Below, piece after piece: positions 27,541-35,772 of a stretch of 64,000 bases of DNA (the first letter of the stretch is position 1; each line of letters begins with the position of its first letter). Source of the stretch: Vicinamibacterales bacterium. Lineage in GTDB: Bacteria > Acidobacteriota > Vicinamibacteria > Vicinamibacterales > UBA8438. The stretch lies in assembly GCA_965202695.1 (NCBI GenBank), contig OZ241843.1, positions 3,968,701 through 4,032,700 on the forward strand. The letters are read 5' to 3'. The translations under genes were made by a program, and so were the position numbers. Under the pieces are notes generated by a model. It saw nothing but the letters and a program-made list of their open reading frames with translations, had not been told where the DNA came from and ran no database searches.

Positions 27541-28448
27541 AGCGCCTCGAAGTGGGTCAGCCGCTTGAACGCCGCGAACCGCTGGTTGAGGGCCTTGGAA
27601 GACGCCTTCAACAGCCCGTCGAGGCCGAAGTCCTCGACGGCCAGCGAGGCGAGGGCGCTGCCCGCGATGGTCGCCCTCGCGAGGACCTCCTCGGTGACCT
27701 CGCGGGCCGACGCGAGATAGCCCATGAACCCGCCCGCGAACGTGTCGCCGGCGCCGGTCGGGTCGACCACCGTGTCCAGCGGCATGGCGGGCACCGCGAA
27801 GAACCCCTGGTCGCGGGTCATCAGCACCCCGTGCTCGCCGCGCTTGATCACCAGGAGCCGCGGCCCCATCCGCTGGATGGCGCGCGCCGCGTTCACGAGA
27901 TTCGACGCGCCGCCGAGCCGGCGCGCCTCCTCGTCGTTGACGACGAGCGCGTCGACGCCCCGCAGCACCGCCCGCAATCCCTCCGACTCCCTCTCGATCC
28001 AGTAGTCCATGGTGTCGGCGGCCACGAACCGGGGTTCCTCCACCTGGGTCAGCACCTCGGACTGCAGGGCCGGGTGGACGTTGGCCAGGAAGACGAACGG
28101 CGTGGACCGGTATTGATCGGGGAGGACGGGGCGGAACCCGTCGAACACGTTCAGCCGCGTGTAGATGGTCTCGCGCGTGTTGAGGTCGAAGCCGTACTCT
28201 CCCTTCCAGCGGAACGTCTCGCCGGGCACGCGCTGCAGGCCGGCGGTGTCGATGCGGCGGTCCGCGAAGACCCGCATCTGTTCTTCCGTGAAGTCGTCGC
28301 CCACCACCGCCACGAGCCTCACGTCGGTGAAGAACGACGCGGCGAGGCTGAAGTAGGTGGCCGCCCCGCCGACCACGCGGGACGCCTCCCCGAACGGCGT
28401 CTTGACGGAATCGAAGGCCACCGAGCCGACGGTCACTATCGGATGCAT
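27537..28448 (-). CDS. PfkB-family carbohydrate/nucleoside kinase
   Basis: MHPIVTVGSVAFD..., GGAATYF and DPTGAGDTFAGGFMGYL. GAGAGG lies upstream of the ATG at 28446-28448. The track ORF starts at 28475. Confidence 0.85.
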   Translation of the reverse strand: MHPIVTVGSVAFDSVKTPFGEASRVVGGAATYFSLAASFFTDVRLVAVVGDDFTEEQMRVFADRRIDTAGLQRVPGETFRWKGEYGFDLNTRETIYTRLNVFDGFRPVLPDQYRSTPFVFLANVHPALQSEVLTQVEEPRFVAADTMDYWIERESEGLRAVLRGVDALVVNDEEARRLGGASNLVNAARAIQRMGPRLLVIKRGEHGVLMTRDQGFFAVPAMPLDTVVDPTGAGDTFAGGFMGYLASAREVTEEVLARATIAGSALASLAVEDFGLDGLLKASSKALNQRFAAFKRLTHFEAL

Positions 28449-28502
28449 GAGCGCGGTACCTCTCGCGGCTCGCACGGCGCGCCGCCGGGCGGCCGATGAA
28501 CC

Positions 28503-29378
<876 letters not shown>

Positions 29379-29534
29379 GTGACTCCTCTCTCCGCGGCGC
29401 CGGCGGACCCGGCCCCGGTCGCTCCCGTTTCTCCGCGCGGTTCCCGGGGGAACGGTATCACTCCCCGGGCCCGGCCGGACGTCCCGGCGCCCGCCCTTCC
29501 CGACCGGCTTCCTGGCCGCCCTGCTCACGCCTTG

Positions 29535-30065
29535 TCAGGCGGGCGTCTTCCGCCCGCCGGACGTTCTCCGTCCGCCGGACGTTCTCTGTCCGCCGGACGT
29601 TCTCCGTCCGCCGGCGCCCCGGCGTTCGCCGGCGCCCTCCGGGCGCGGTGCGGCGCGGGGTTCCACGGCGGGCTGCTTGAGTTCGATCAGCACCCCCTGC
29701 GCGGCGGAGGGATGGATGAAGGCCACGAGACTGCCGCCCGCGCCGGGCCGCGGGCGCTCGTCCACGAGCCTGACGCCGCGCGCGCGGAGACCGGCCAGGG
29801 CCGCCGCGAGGTCGTCGACCCGCAGGGTGACGTGATGGATGCCGGGCCCGCGGCGTTCTATCGATCGGGCGATCGCCGAGCCCTCCGAGGTCGCCTCCAG
29901 GAGCTCCAGCGCGGCCTCGCCCACGGGCACGAACCGCGCGCGGACCTGCTCGGACGGCACCTCTTCGACCTCGCCGACCTCCAGCCCCAGCGCGTCCCGG
30001 TAGAAGGCCAGCGCCTCGTCGAGGCCGCGGACCGCGATTCCGACGTGATCCAGCGTCGCCTTCAT
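29535..30065 (-). CDS. methylmalonyl-CoA epimerase (VOC/glyoxalase fold) with a repeat-encoded basic C-terminal tail
   Basis: MKATLDHVGIAVRGLDEALAFY..., GIHHVTLRVDD and LIELKQP, followed by the tail GRRTSGGQRTSGGRRTSGGRKTPA. The ATG at 30063-30065 overlaps the meaB stop. Confidence 0.8.
   Translation of the reverse strand: MKATLDHVGIAVRGLDEALAFYRDALGLEVGEVEEVPSEQVRARFVPVGEAALELLEATSEGSAIARSIERRGPGIHHVTLRVDDLAAALAGLRARGVRLVDERPRPGAGGSLVAFIHPSAAQGVLIELKQPAVEPRAAPRPEGAGERRGAGGRRTSGGQRTSGGRRTSGGRKTPA
29554..29614. repeat. 18-bp tandem repeat, about 3.4 copies (CCGCCGGACGTTCTCCGT)
   Basis: Copies at 29554-29571, 29572-29589 (one C>T) and 29590-29607, plus a partial copy at 29608-29614. The repeat is in frame with the epimerase 3' end and encodes (R/Q)RTSGG units. 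Confidence 0.85.
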
Positions 30066-31063
30066 CCGACTCGCAGTCCTTTCGACGCCGGTTCCGGCGC
30101 GCCGGCGGACGCACCCCCGCGAACCGCCAGGTCGAGTATCCGTTCGGCCGCCGCGTAGGGGTCGATGACCGCGTCCGCCACCTGTTCGACGAACCGCTCG
30201 AAGACCCCCGGCTCCAGCGCCCCGCGCTCGGCGCGATCGAGGAACCGGCGCGCGACCAGTTGCCGGACCCGCGCCCGCGCCCGCGCGCGGCGGCGCTGCC
30301 CGGCCCCGCCGCCGCCCCGCGCGCGGAACCGGTCCACGGCGGCCACGACGTCCTCGATCCCGCTTCCCTCCGCGGCCCGGGTCCGCAGCACCGGCGGCCG
30401 CCACGCGCCGGGGCGCTGGTCGTTCAGACGCAGCATGGCCTCCAGCTCCGCCGCCGCCCGATCCGCCCCGGCGTGGTCGGCCTTGTTGACCACGAACACG
30501 TCGGCGATCTCCAGCACCCCGGCCTTCAGGGCCTGCACGCCGTCGCCGCCGCCGGGCATCGTCACCACCAGCGTCACGTCGGCGGCCCCCGATATCTCGA
30601 CTTCCGCCTGCCCCACCCCCACCGTCTCGATGACGACGACGTCGAACCCCGCCGCGTCGAGCACGAGGGCGGCGTCGCCGGTGGCCCGCGCCAGCCCCCC
30701 GAGCTGGCCGCGGCTGGCCATGCTCCGCACGAACACGCCGTCGTCGCCGGCGTGCGCCTGCATCCGGACCCGGTCGCCGAGCACCGCGCCGCCGCTGAAC
30801 GGGCTGCTGGGATCGACGGCCAGCACCCCGATCGTCCGGCCGCGGGACCGCAGGACCGCGGCGAGGCGGTCGACCAGGGTGCTCTTCCCGACCCCGGGCG
30901 CGCCGGTGACGCCGACGAGATACGCGCGTCCGGTACGGGGATGGACCGCCCGCACCATCGACGCGGCCGACGCCCCCTCGCTCTCGACGCGCGAGATCGC
31001 GCGGGCGACGGCCCGCCGGTCGCCCGCGAACACCCCGGCCGCGAGCCGCGCGTCGGCGGTCAT
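30062..31063 (-). CDS. meaB: methylmalonyl-CoA mutase-associated GTPase MeaB/ArgK
   Basis: Motifs GAPGVGKSTLV, IETVGVGQAE and VVNKADH. The ATG at 31061-31063 overlaps the acyl-CoA dehydrogenase stop. Confidence 0.9.
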   Translation of the reverse strand: MTADARLAAGVFAGDRRAVARAISRVESEGASAASMVRAVHPRTGRAYLVGVTGAPGVGKSTLVDRLAAVLRSRGRTIGVLAVDPSSPFSGGAVLGDRVRMQAHAGDDGVFVRSMASRGQLGGLARATGDAALVLDAAGFDVVVIETVGVGQAEVEISGAADVTLVVTMPGGGDGVQALKAGVLEIADVFVVNKADHAGADRAAAELEAMLRLNDQRPGAWRPPVLRTRAAEGSGIEDVVAAVDRFRARGGGGAGQRRRARARARVRQLVARRFLDRAERGALEPGVFERFVEQVADAVIDPYAAAERILDLAVRGGASAGAPEPASKGLRVG

Positions 31064-32208
31064 GCCCCGGCGTCCAGATACTGCCTGGCGATGATCAGGC
31101 GCTGGATCTCGCTGGTGCCCTCGCCGATCGTCGTCAGCTTCACGTCGCGGAAGAACTTCTCCGCCGGATAGTCCTTCACGAAACCGTAGCCGCCGTGAAT
31201 CTGGACGCCCTCTTCCGCCACCCGGACCGCCGTCTCGCTCGCGAACAGCTTGGCCATGGCCGATTCGCGCGTGGTGGCCCGGCCGCCGTCCTTGCGCCAG
31301 GCGGCCCGGTAGGTGAGCCAGCGCGCCGCCTCGATCCGGGTGGCCATGTCGGCGAGCTTGAACTGTATCGCCTGGAACGACGCGATCGGGTGTCCGAACT
31401 GCTCCCGCCGGACCGCGTGCCGGCGCGCCGCCTCGTAGGCGCCCTGCGCCAGCCCCACGGCCAGCGCGGCGATGCCGATGCGACCGGCGTCGAGGACGCG
31501 CATGGCGTCGACGAACCCGCGGCCCGCCTCGCCGAGCAGGCCGTCGGCCGGCACGAAGCAGTCGTCGAGGGACAGCCCGGCGGTGTCGCTGGCGCGCATG
31601 CCGAGCTTGTTCTCCTTGCGTCCCGGCACCAGGCCCGGCGCGCCGCGCTCGACGATGAAGGCGGAGATGCCGTGCGCGCCCCGCGCCGCGTCGGTGACCG
31701 CCATGACCACGAACGTCCCGGCCAGACGGGCATGCGTCGTGAAGGTCTTGGCCCCGTCGAGCCGCCACCCCCCCTCGACCGGCCGCGCCCTGGTGCGCAG
31801 GCTTCCCGCGTCGCTCCCGGCGTTCGACTCGGTGAGCGCCCAGGCGCCGAGATGCCGCCCGCGGGCGAGGGGGTCGAGATGGCGCGTGCGCTGGACCTCG
31901 GTCCCGAACAGGTGGACGTGCGCGCAGGCCAGCCCGTTGTGCGCGGCCACCGAGAGGGCGACGGCCGGATCGACCCGCGCCAGCTCTTCGATGCAGATGC
32001 AGTAGTCGACCGCCCCCAGGGCCGCGCCGCCGTAGCGCTCCGGGAACTGAATGCCCATCAGCCCCAGCGCGCCGAGCCTGGGCAGCAGGGACAGGGGGAA
32101 GCTCTGCGCTTCGTCCCGGGCCATGACGCCGGGGGCCAGCTCGGTCTCCGCGAACTCTCGAACGGATTGCCGGAGCAGGCGTTGCTCGTCGGTCGGCCGA
32201 AAGTCCAT
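31060..32208 (-). CDS. acyl-CoA dehydrogenase
   Basis: Motifs LTESNAGSDAGSL, QIHGGYGF and TIGEGTSEIQRLIIARQ. Confidence 0.9.
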   Translation of the reverse strand: MDFRPTDEQRLLRQSVREFAETELAPGVMARDEAQSFPLSLLPRLGALGLMGIQFPERYGGAALGAVDYCICIEELARVDPAVALSVAAHNGLACAHVHLFGTEVQRTRHLDPLARGRHLGAWALTESNAGSDAGSLRTRARPVEGGWRLDGAKTFTTHARLAGTFVVMAVTDAARGAHGISAFIVERGAPGLVPGRKENKLGMRASDTAGLSLDDCFVPADGLLGEAGRGFVDAMRVLDAGRIGIAALAVGLAQGAYEAARRHAVRREQFGHPIASFQAIQFKLADMATRIEAARWLTYRAAWRKDGGRATTRESAMAKLFASETAVRVAEEGVQIHGGYGFVKDYPAEKFFRDVKLTTIGEGTSEIQRLIIARQYLDAGA

Positions 32209-32229
32209 GGGGGGTGCGCCGCCACTCTA

Positions 32230-32416
32230 TCACACCGCTCCGCGGGCCGGTCCGGGCCGGTTCGCGGCGTGGGGGATGCCGAGGCGCCCGGCGCCGGGGC
32301 GCGTCACACCGCCCCACGGGCCGGCGCGGGGCCGATTCACGGCGTGGGGAATGCCGACCCGCCCGGCTCCGGGCGCGTCACCGCCCCACGGTCCGGCGCG
32401 GGCCGGTTCGGACCGT
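32230..32416. repeat. 74-bp tandem repeat, about 2.5 copies, intergenic
   Basis: Unit 1 is 32230-32303 and unit 2 is 32304-32377; both start TCACACCGC and end GGGCGCG. A diverged partial unit 3 runs from 32378. Unit 2 contains the inverted repeat CCCCACG 32312-32318 / CGTGGGG 32343-32349. Confidence 0.8.
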
Positions 32417-32490
32417 CCGGGGGGACCGCCCGGGACCACTCTGCTATCATTGCGCGACCGTCCACGATTCCGCTGGCTGCGATCCGACCC

Positions 32491-32979
32491 ATGTCCTTGC
32501 GACCTCTTCCGGTTTCCGTGCTCCTTGTGGCGGGGCTGCTGGCGTGCGCCGGCCGCGCCGACGCCGACCTGACCGCCTTCCTGGGCTCGAACACCACGCC
32601 CACCAACCGTCCCGTCCGCGGCGTCGCGGTCGGCATGTCGATCCTGCTCATCGGCTTCGAGTTCGAGTACTCGGACACGAAGGCCGACGCGGCGGGCAAC
32701 GCGCGCCGGCGCGCCGGCATGTTCAACGTGCTGGCGCAGACGCCCGACTGGGCGGGCATCCTGCAGTTCTACGCGACCGCCGGCGGGGGGCTCTACCGGG
32801 AAGAAGGCGCCGGGTTGCTCGACACCAGCGCCGCGACCAACACCGGGGGCGGGGTCAAGGTCGGCCTCGTCGGCCCGTTCAGGGCGCGGTTCGACTATCG
32901 CGTCTTCCTGCTCCGCGGCGAATCGGCCGCGAACAAGACCCATCACCGGCTCTACACCGGCCTGAACATCGCCTTCTGA
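32491..32979 (+). CDS. small outer-membrane beta-barrel protein (OmpW/OmpA-beta-like), hypothetical
   Basis: Signal peptide MSLRPLPVSVLLVAGLLACAGRADA, alternating amphipathic strands, and a C-terminal aromatic end (YTGLNIAF). Confidence 0.6.
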   Translation: MSLRPLPVSVLLVAGLLACAGRADADLTAFLGSNTTPTNRPVRGVAVGMSILLIGFEFEYSDTKADAAGNARRRAGMFNVLAQTPDWAGILQFYATAGGGLYREEGAGLLDTSAATNTGGGVKVGLVGPFRARFDYRVFLLRGESAANKTHHRLYTGLNIAF

Positions 32980-33102
32980 AGGGCGGGCGCCGGCCGCGGC
33001 GCGCCGTTGCGCCCGGGCCGTGGATGGTCCGTGCCGGCCTGAAAACAACGGCAGCATTCGGGTCCGGGCGGACCTTGGCCGCCCTTGTGGCAGGGTGAAC
33101 CC

Positions 33103-33537
33103 ATGACCACCGCACACGACGTCACAGCGTACGTTCTCGCCAAACGGGGGCGGACGCCGGCCGTCAAGCTGCACAAGCTCCTGTACTACGCGCAGGCGTG
33201 GTCGCTCGTATGGGACGACCGCCCGATCTTCAGGGACCGGATCGAGGCCTGGGCCAACGGCCCGGTCGTGCCGAACGTGTACCGCACCCACAGCCGCTCC
33301 TACTTCGTGACCAAATGCGGCAAGGGCGATCCCGGGAAGCTCGACCAGGATGCGGCCGAGACCGTCGACGCCGTGATCAAGCACTACGGGCGCCGCTCGT
33401 CGGCCTACCTCAGCGACTTGACGCACCAGGAGGACCCCTGGCGGAGGGCCAGACGCGGGCTGCCGCCGGGCTCGCGCAGCAACGCCGTCATCTCTCATGC
33501 GTCGATGGCGATGTACTACGGCAGTCTTGGTCCGTGA
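33103..33537 (+). CDS. Panacea/DUF4065 (SocA/GepA-like) antitoxin-domain protein
   Basis: MTTAHDVTAYVLAKRGRTPAVKLHKLLYYAQAWSLVWDDRPIFRDRIEAWANGPVVPNVY matches the DUF4065 core as I recall it (KLQKLLYYAQ..W..GPV). The ATG at 33103 is preferred over the track's TTG at 33085. Confidence 0.65.
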   Translation: MTTAHDVTAYVLAKRGRTPAVKLHKLLYYAQAWSLVWDDRPIFRDRIEAWANGPVVPNVYRTHSRSYFVTKCGKGDPGKLDQDAAETVDAVIKHYGRRSSAYLSDLTHQEDPWRRARRGLPPGSRSNAVISHASMAMYYGSLGP

Positions 33538-33648
33538 CGCCCCGCGACAAGAAGATCCTGGAAGGGGCACGGGTCCCGAAAGCCAAGCGGCCTCGCACGG
33601 GCCCGGCCCGCCTTCGCTCGTCCCGGCGGCCGACAACAGGGCCGGATT

Positions 33649-34488
33649 CTACGTTTCCCGGAGAACGTCGACGGGGTCGATGCGCGCGGCCCGACGGGCG
33701 GGCGCCCAGCAGGCAAGCGCCCCGACGCCGATCAGCACCGTCGGGACGGCGGCCAGCGTCAGCGGATCCAGGGGCCGAACGCCGAAGAGGAGGCTCTCGA
33801 TGACCCGGGTCGCGGCGGCGGACGCCAGCAGGCCGATAACCGCGCCGGCGCCGACGAGCAGGCCGCCCTGCCGGAGAACCAGGGTGAGGACGTCCCGATT
33901 CCCAGCCCCCAGCGCCACGCGGATACCGAGTTCCCGCCGGCGTTGCGACACCATGTAGCCGAGCACGCTGTACAACCCGAACGCGGCGAGCAGCAGCGCC
34001 ACCGTCCCGAAGACGCCGCCGCAGACCCGTTGCGCGCCGTCGACGGCGTCCGCGGCGCCGAAGATCCGGCCGAGTTGCGGCTCCGCCCGCAGCAGCGGGA
34101 AGAACGACGGCGACACCCGCGCGACGACCAGGCTGGTCGGCCCGTTCGGACCGTCGAGGACGACGGCGGCGGCCGCATGGGCGGAGAGATGCTCGAACGA
34201 CCGCGCTTCGTCCCACAGCCGCAGCAGGCCGGTGCTCGACAGTTGCGGAGACGCTCCCGGAAAGTCCGCCGAAACCTGTCCGACGGCCACGATCGCGTCC
34301 GGTTCCGGATACGGCAGCGGCCGAAGGAGAAGGCCGCGGGCGAGGCTGAAGGCCGCCGTGTTCAGGCCGATGCCGACCGAGAGAATGGCCAGCGCGGCCA
34401 AGGTGAAGAACGGCCGCGCCCCGAGTCGCCGCACCGCCTGACGCACGTCAAGGACGGGGCGTTCCGCGACGAACCACGTTGCCGACAT
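33649..34488 (-). pseudogene. ADOP-type (MacB_PCD/FtsX) ABC permease with a large internal deletion
   Basis: The N-terminus (DVRQAVRRLGARPFFTLAALAILSVGIGLNTAAFSLARGLLLRPLPYPEPD) is joined after about 125 aa directly to a terminal FtsX module (LLLAAFGLYSVLGYMVSQRRRELGIRVALGA...PARRAARIDPVDVLRET). The product is 279 aa, whereas as I recall this family is usually around 800 aa. Confidence 0.6.
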
Positions 34489-34501
34489 CGGTCAAGACCG
34501 A

Positions 34502-34972
34502 TTACCCGAACAACGCGCTGATGACTTCCGCTTCCCTGTCGTCACTCAGCAGACCGATCCAGGCGTGGGTTATCGGTCCCTGGCCGTCCACCAACAGCAA
34601 CGTCGGTGTTCCCGCCACCGGCAGCTTCCGGGGTTCGACGAACACGAGAGCATCAGGTTCGACTCGTTCTGATGCGAGATAGTCACCGCTACGTCGTCGT
34701 CATGTGAAGTCGCAACCACGACTTGCGTGTCAGCCGTATCGAACTCCACACTCGTTCAGGAGAGTCGCGTCCGCCGCAAACGCGACTGGCCAGCCGCAGA
34801 CGAAGCATCCGTCGCAAGGCGGTTGCGCGTCCGCGGCTGGCGGTTGGAATCTGGTAAGGGTGCTTCTGCCCGTCTCGGTGGAGCCGCCATCGGCCTGACG
34901 GGCCTGCACGAGCAGGAGGCGCACGGGCGGCCAGCCCGCCAATCGTCGCCTCGTCGACCTTCGCGGTCGCAT
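34502..34972 (-). pseudogene. thioredoxin-fold (redoxin/TlpA-like) gene remnant, frame-disrupted
   Basis: A 65-codon open frame at 34505-34699 has no start codon: RRRSGDYLASERVEPDALVFVEPRKLPVAGTPTLLLVDGQGPITHAWIGLLSDDREAEVISALFG, stop TAA 34502-34504. It resembles the C-terminus of a redoxin. The upstream frames (for example track ORF 34730-34972, which has CDGC) are mutually out of frame. GC is visibly lower here. Confidence 0.35.
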
Positions 34973-35045
34973 TACGGCTCCGCCTGGCGCCCGACCGACC
35001 CTGCAGGAACCGCGTGTTCTGCGGCGCAGACTCCCGGCTAGCTAG

Positions 35046-35531
35046 CTAGAACGACGAGACGACGCTGAGGTCGTAGGTCACACTGCCGGCGATCGATCCG
35101 GCGTAGCCGGCGTACAGCTCGCGAACCTCGTCGCCGTTGGAGGGCGGCCCCGGTGGGAAATGCTGCGCCAGGACGGTAATGAGCTGGTAGTCGTTGCCAG
35201 CCGCCACCGAGTTGATGTGACCGAAGTAGATTACGGCTCCTCCGGGACCCGGGGCCGCCGAACGGTACAGCGTGAATCCGGCGCTACCGCCGTTTCGGGC
35301 CGCCAGCGACTGCCCGTACGCGCCCACCGCCCGCTCAAAGGCGGCGGTCTGGCCTTGCTGCACCACCCACTGCCATACTCCGACGCTGCCGTTGAAATTG
35401 ACGCTCGGGGGCTGCGCCTGCGCCGGCCGAGGCGCCATCCAGCTACCGAGCACGGCGCCCACGACCAGCGCCGACACCACCGCCGCGCCCACCCAAACGG
35501 AAGTTCTCCGCTCTCGCCACGTCGTCCGCAT
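35046..35531 (-). CDS. secreted/anchored hypothetical protein (paralog A)
   Basis: The ATG at 35529-35531 gives MRTTWRERRTSVWVGAAVVSALVVGAVLGSWMAPRPAQAQ (a signal or anchor). The mature part is similar to the upstream neighbour. The TAG stop lies inside the (CTAG)3 12-mer. Confidence 0.55.
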   Translation of the reverse strand: MRTTWRERRTSVWVGAAVVSALVVGAVLGSWMAPRPAQAQPPSVNFNGSVGVWQWVVQQGQTAAFERAVGAYGQSLAARNGGSAGFTLYRSAAPGPGGAVIYFGHINSVAAGNDYQLITVLAQHFPPGPPSNGDEVRELYAGYAGSIAGSVTYDLSVVSSF

Positions 35532-35772
35532 GTGTTCCTCCTCTACAACCCGGGCTTCACCCGACAAGGGCTGACCACCGAACAAAAACCGCTACTCTAC
35601 CGCAAGTGCCCCGCCGCGCCAACCACGTCCGCCCCGCCCCAGGGGGCACGCCCGACACCGCCGCTCGCGCGTCACGGCTCCGCGAACCCCACGGAATCAA
35701 GCAGTTTACCGCAGAGGTCCCGTGCGGCCAAGTGATTCACGCCGCCGCATGGCGCATGGTTCGCCGGCGCGG

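Noticed and set aside
29379-29528. The 50-aa N-terminal extension of MTAP given by the track ORF (start at 29528).
   Set aside because: The extension is Arg/Gly/Pro-rich and has no counterpart in MTAP family N-termini as I know them. The GTG at 29378, preceded by GGAGAGAGGAG, gives the usual start just before IGVIGGSG.
29554-29614. Possible CRISPR array. The 74-bp repeats at 32230-32416 were considered for the same reason.
   Set aside because: The repeats are directly tandem with no unique spacers. The units are 18 bp and 74 bp rather than the roughly 28-37 bp I would expect of CRISPR repeats. No cas genes are in the window, and the 18-bp repeat lies inside a coding region.
33534-33803. 89-codon GTG-initiated ORF overlapping the Panacea stop, considered as the cognate toxin.
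   Set aside because: Beyond about codon 38 it is antisense to the well-supported permease 3' end and becomes Arg/Pro/Gly-rich. Only the first 38 or so codons could be genuine. It is kept as an open possibility in the Panacea finding, not called as a gene.
34625-34680. tRNA-like T-arm motifs (GGTTCGA occurs twice, at about 34634 and 34655).
   Set aside because: Flanking bases do not form a T-stem, acceptor stem or anticodon arm. The segment lies inside the redoxin-like reading frame. The CATCAG...CTGATG pairing gives only a simple hairpin.
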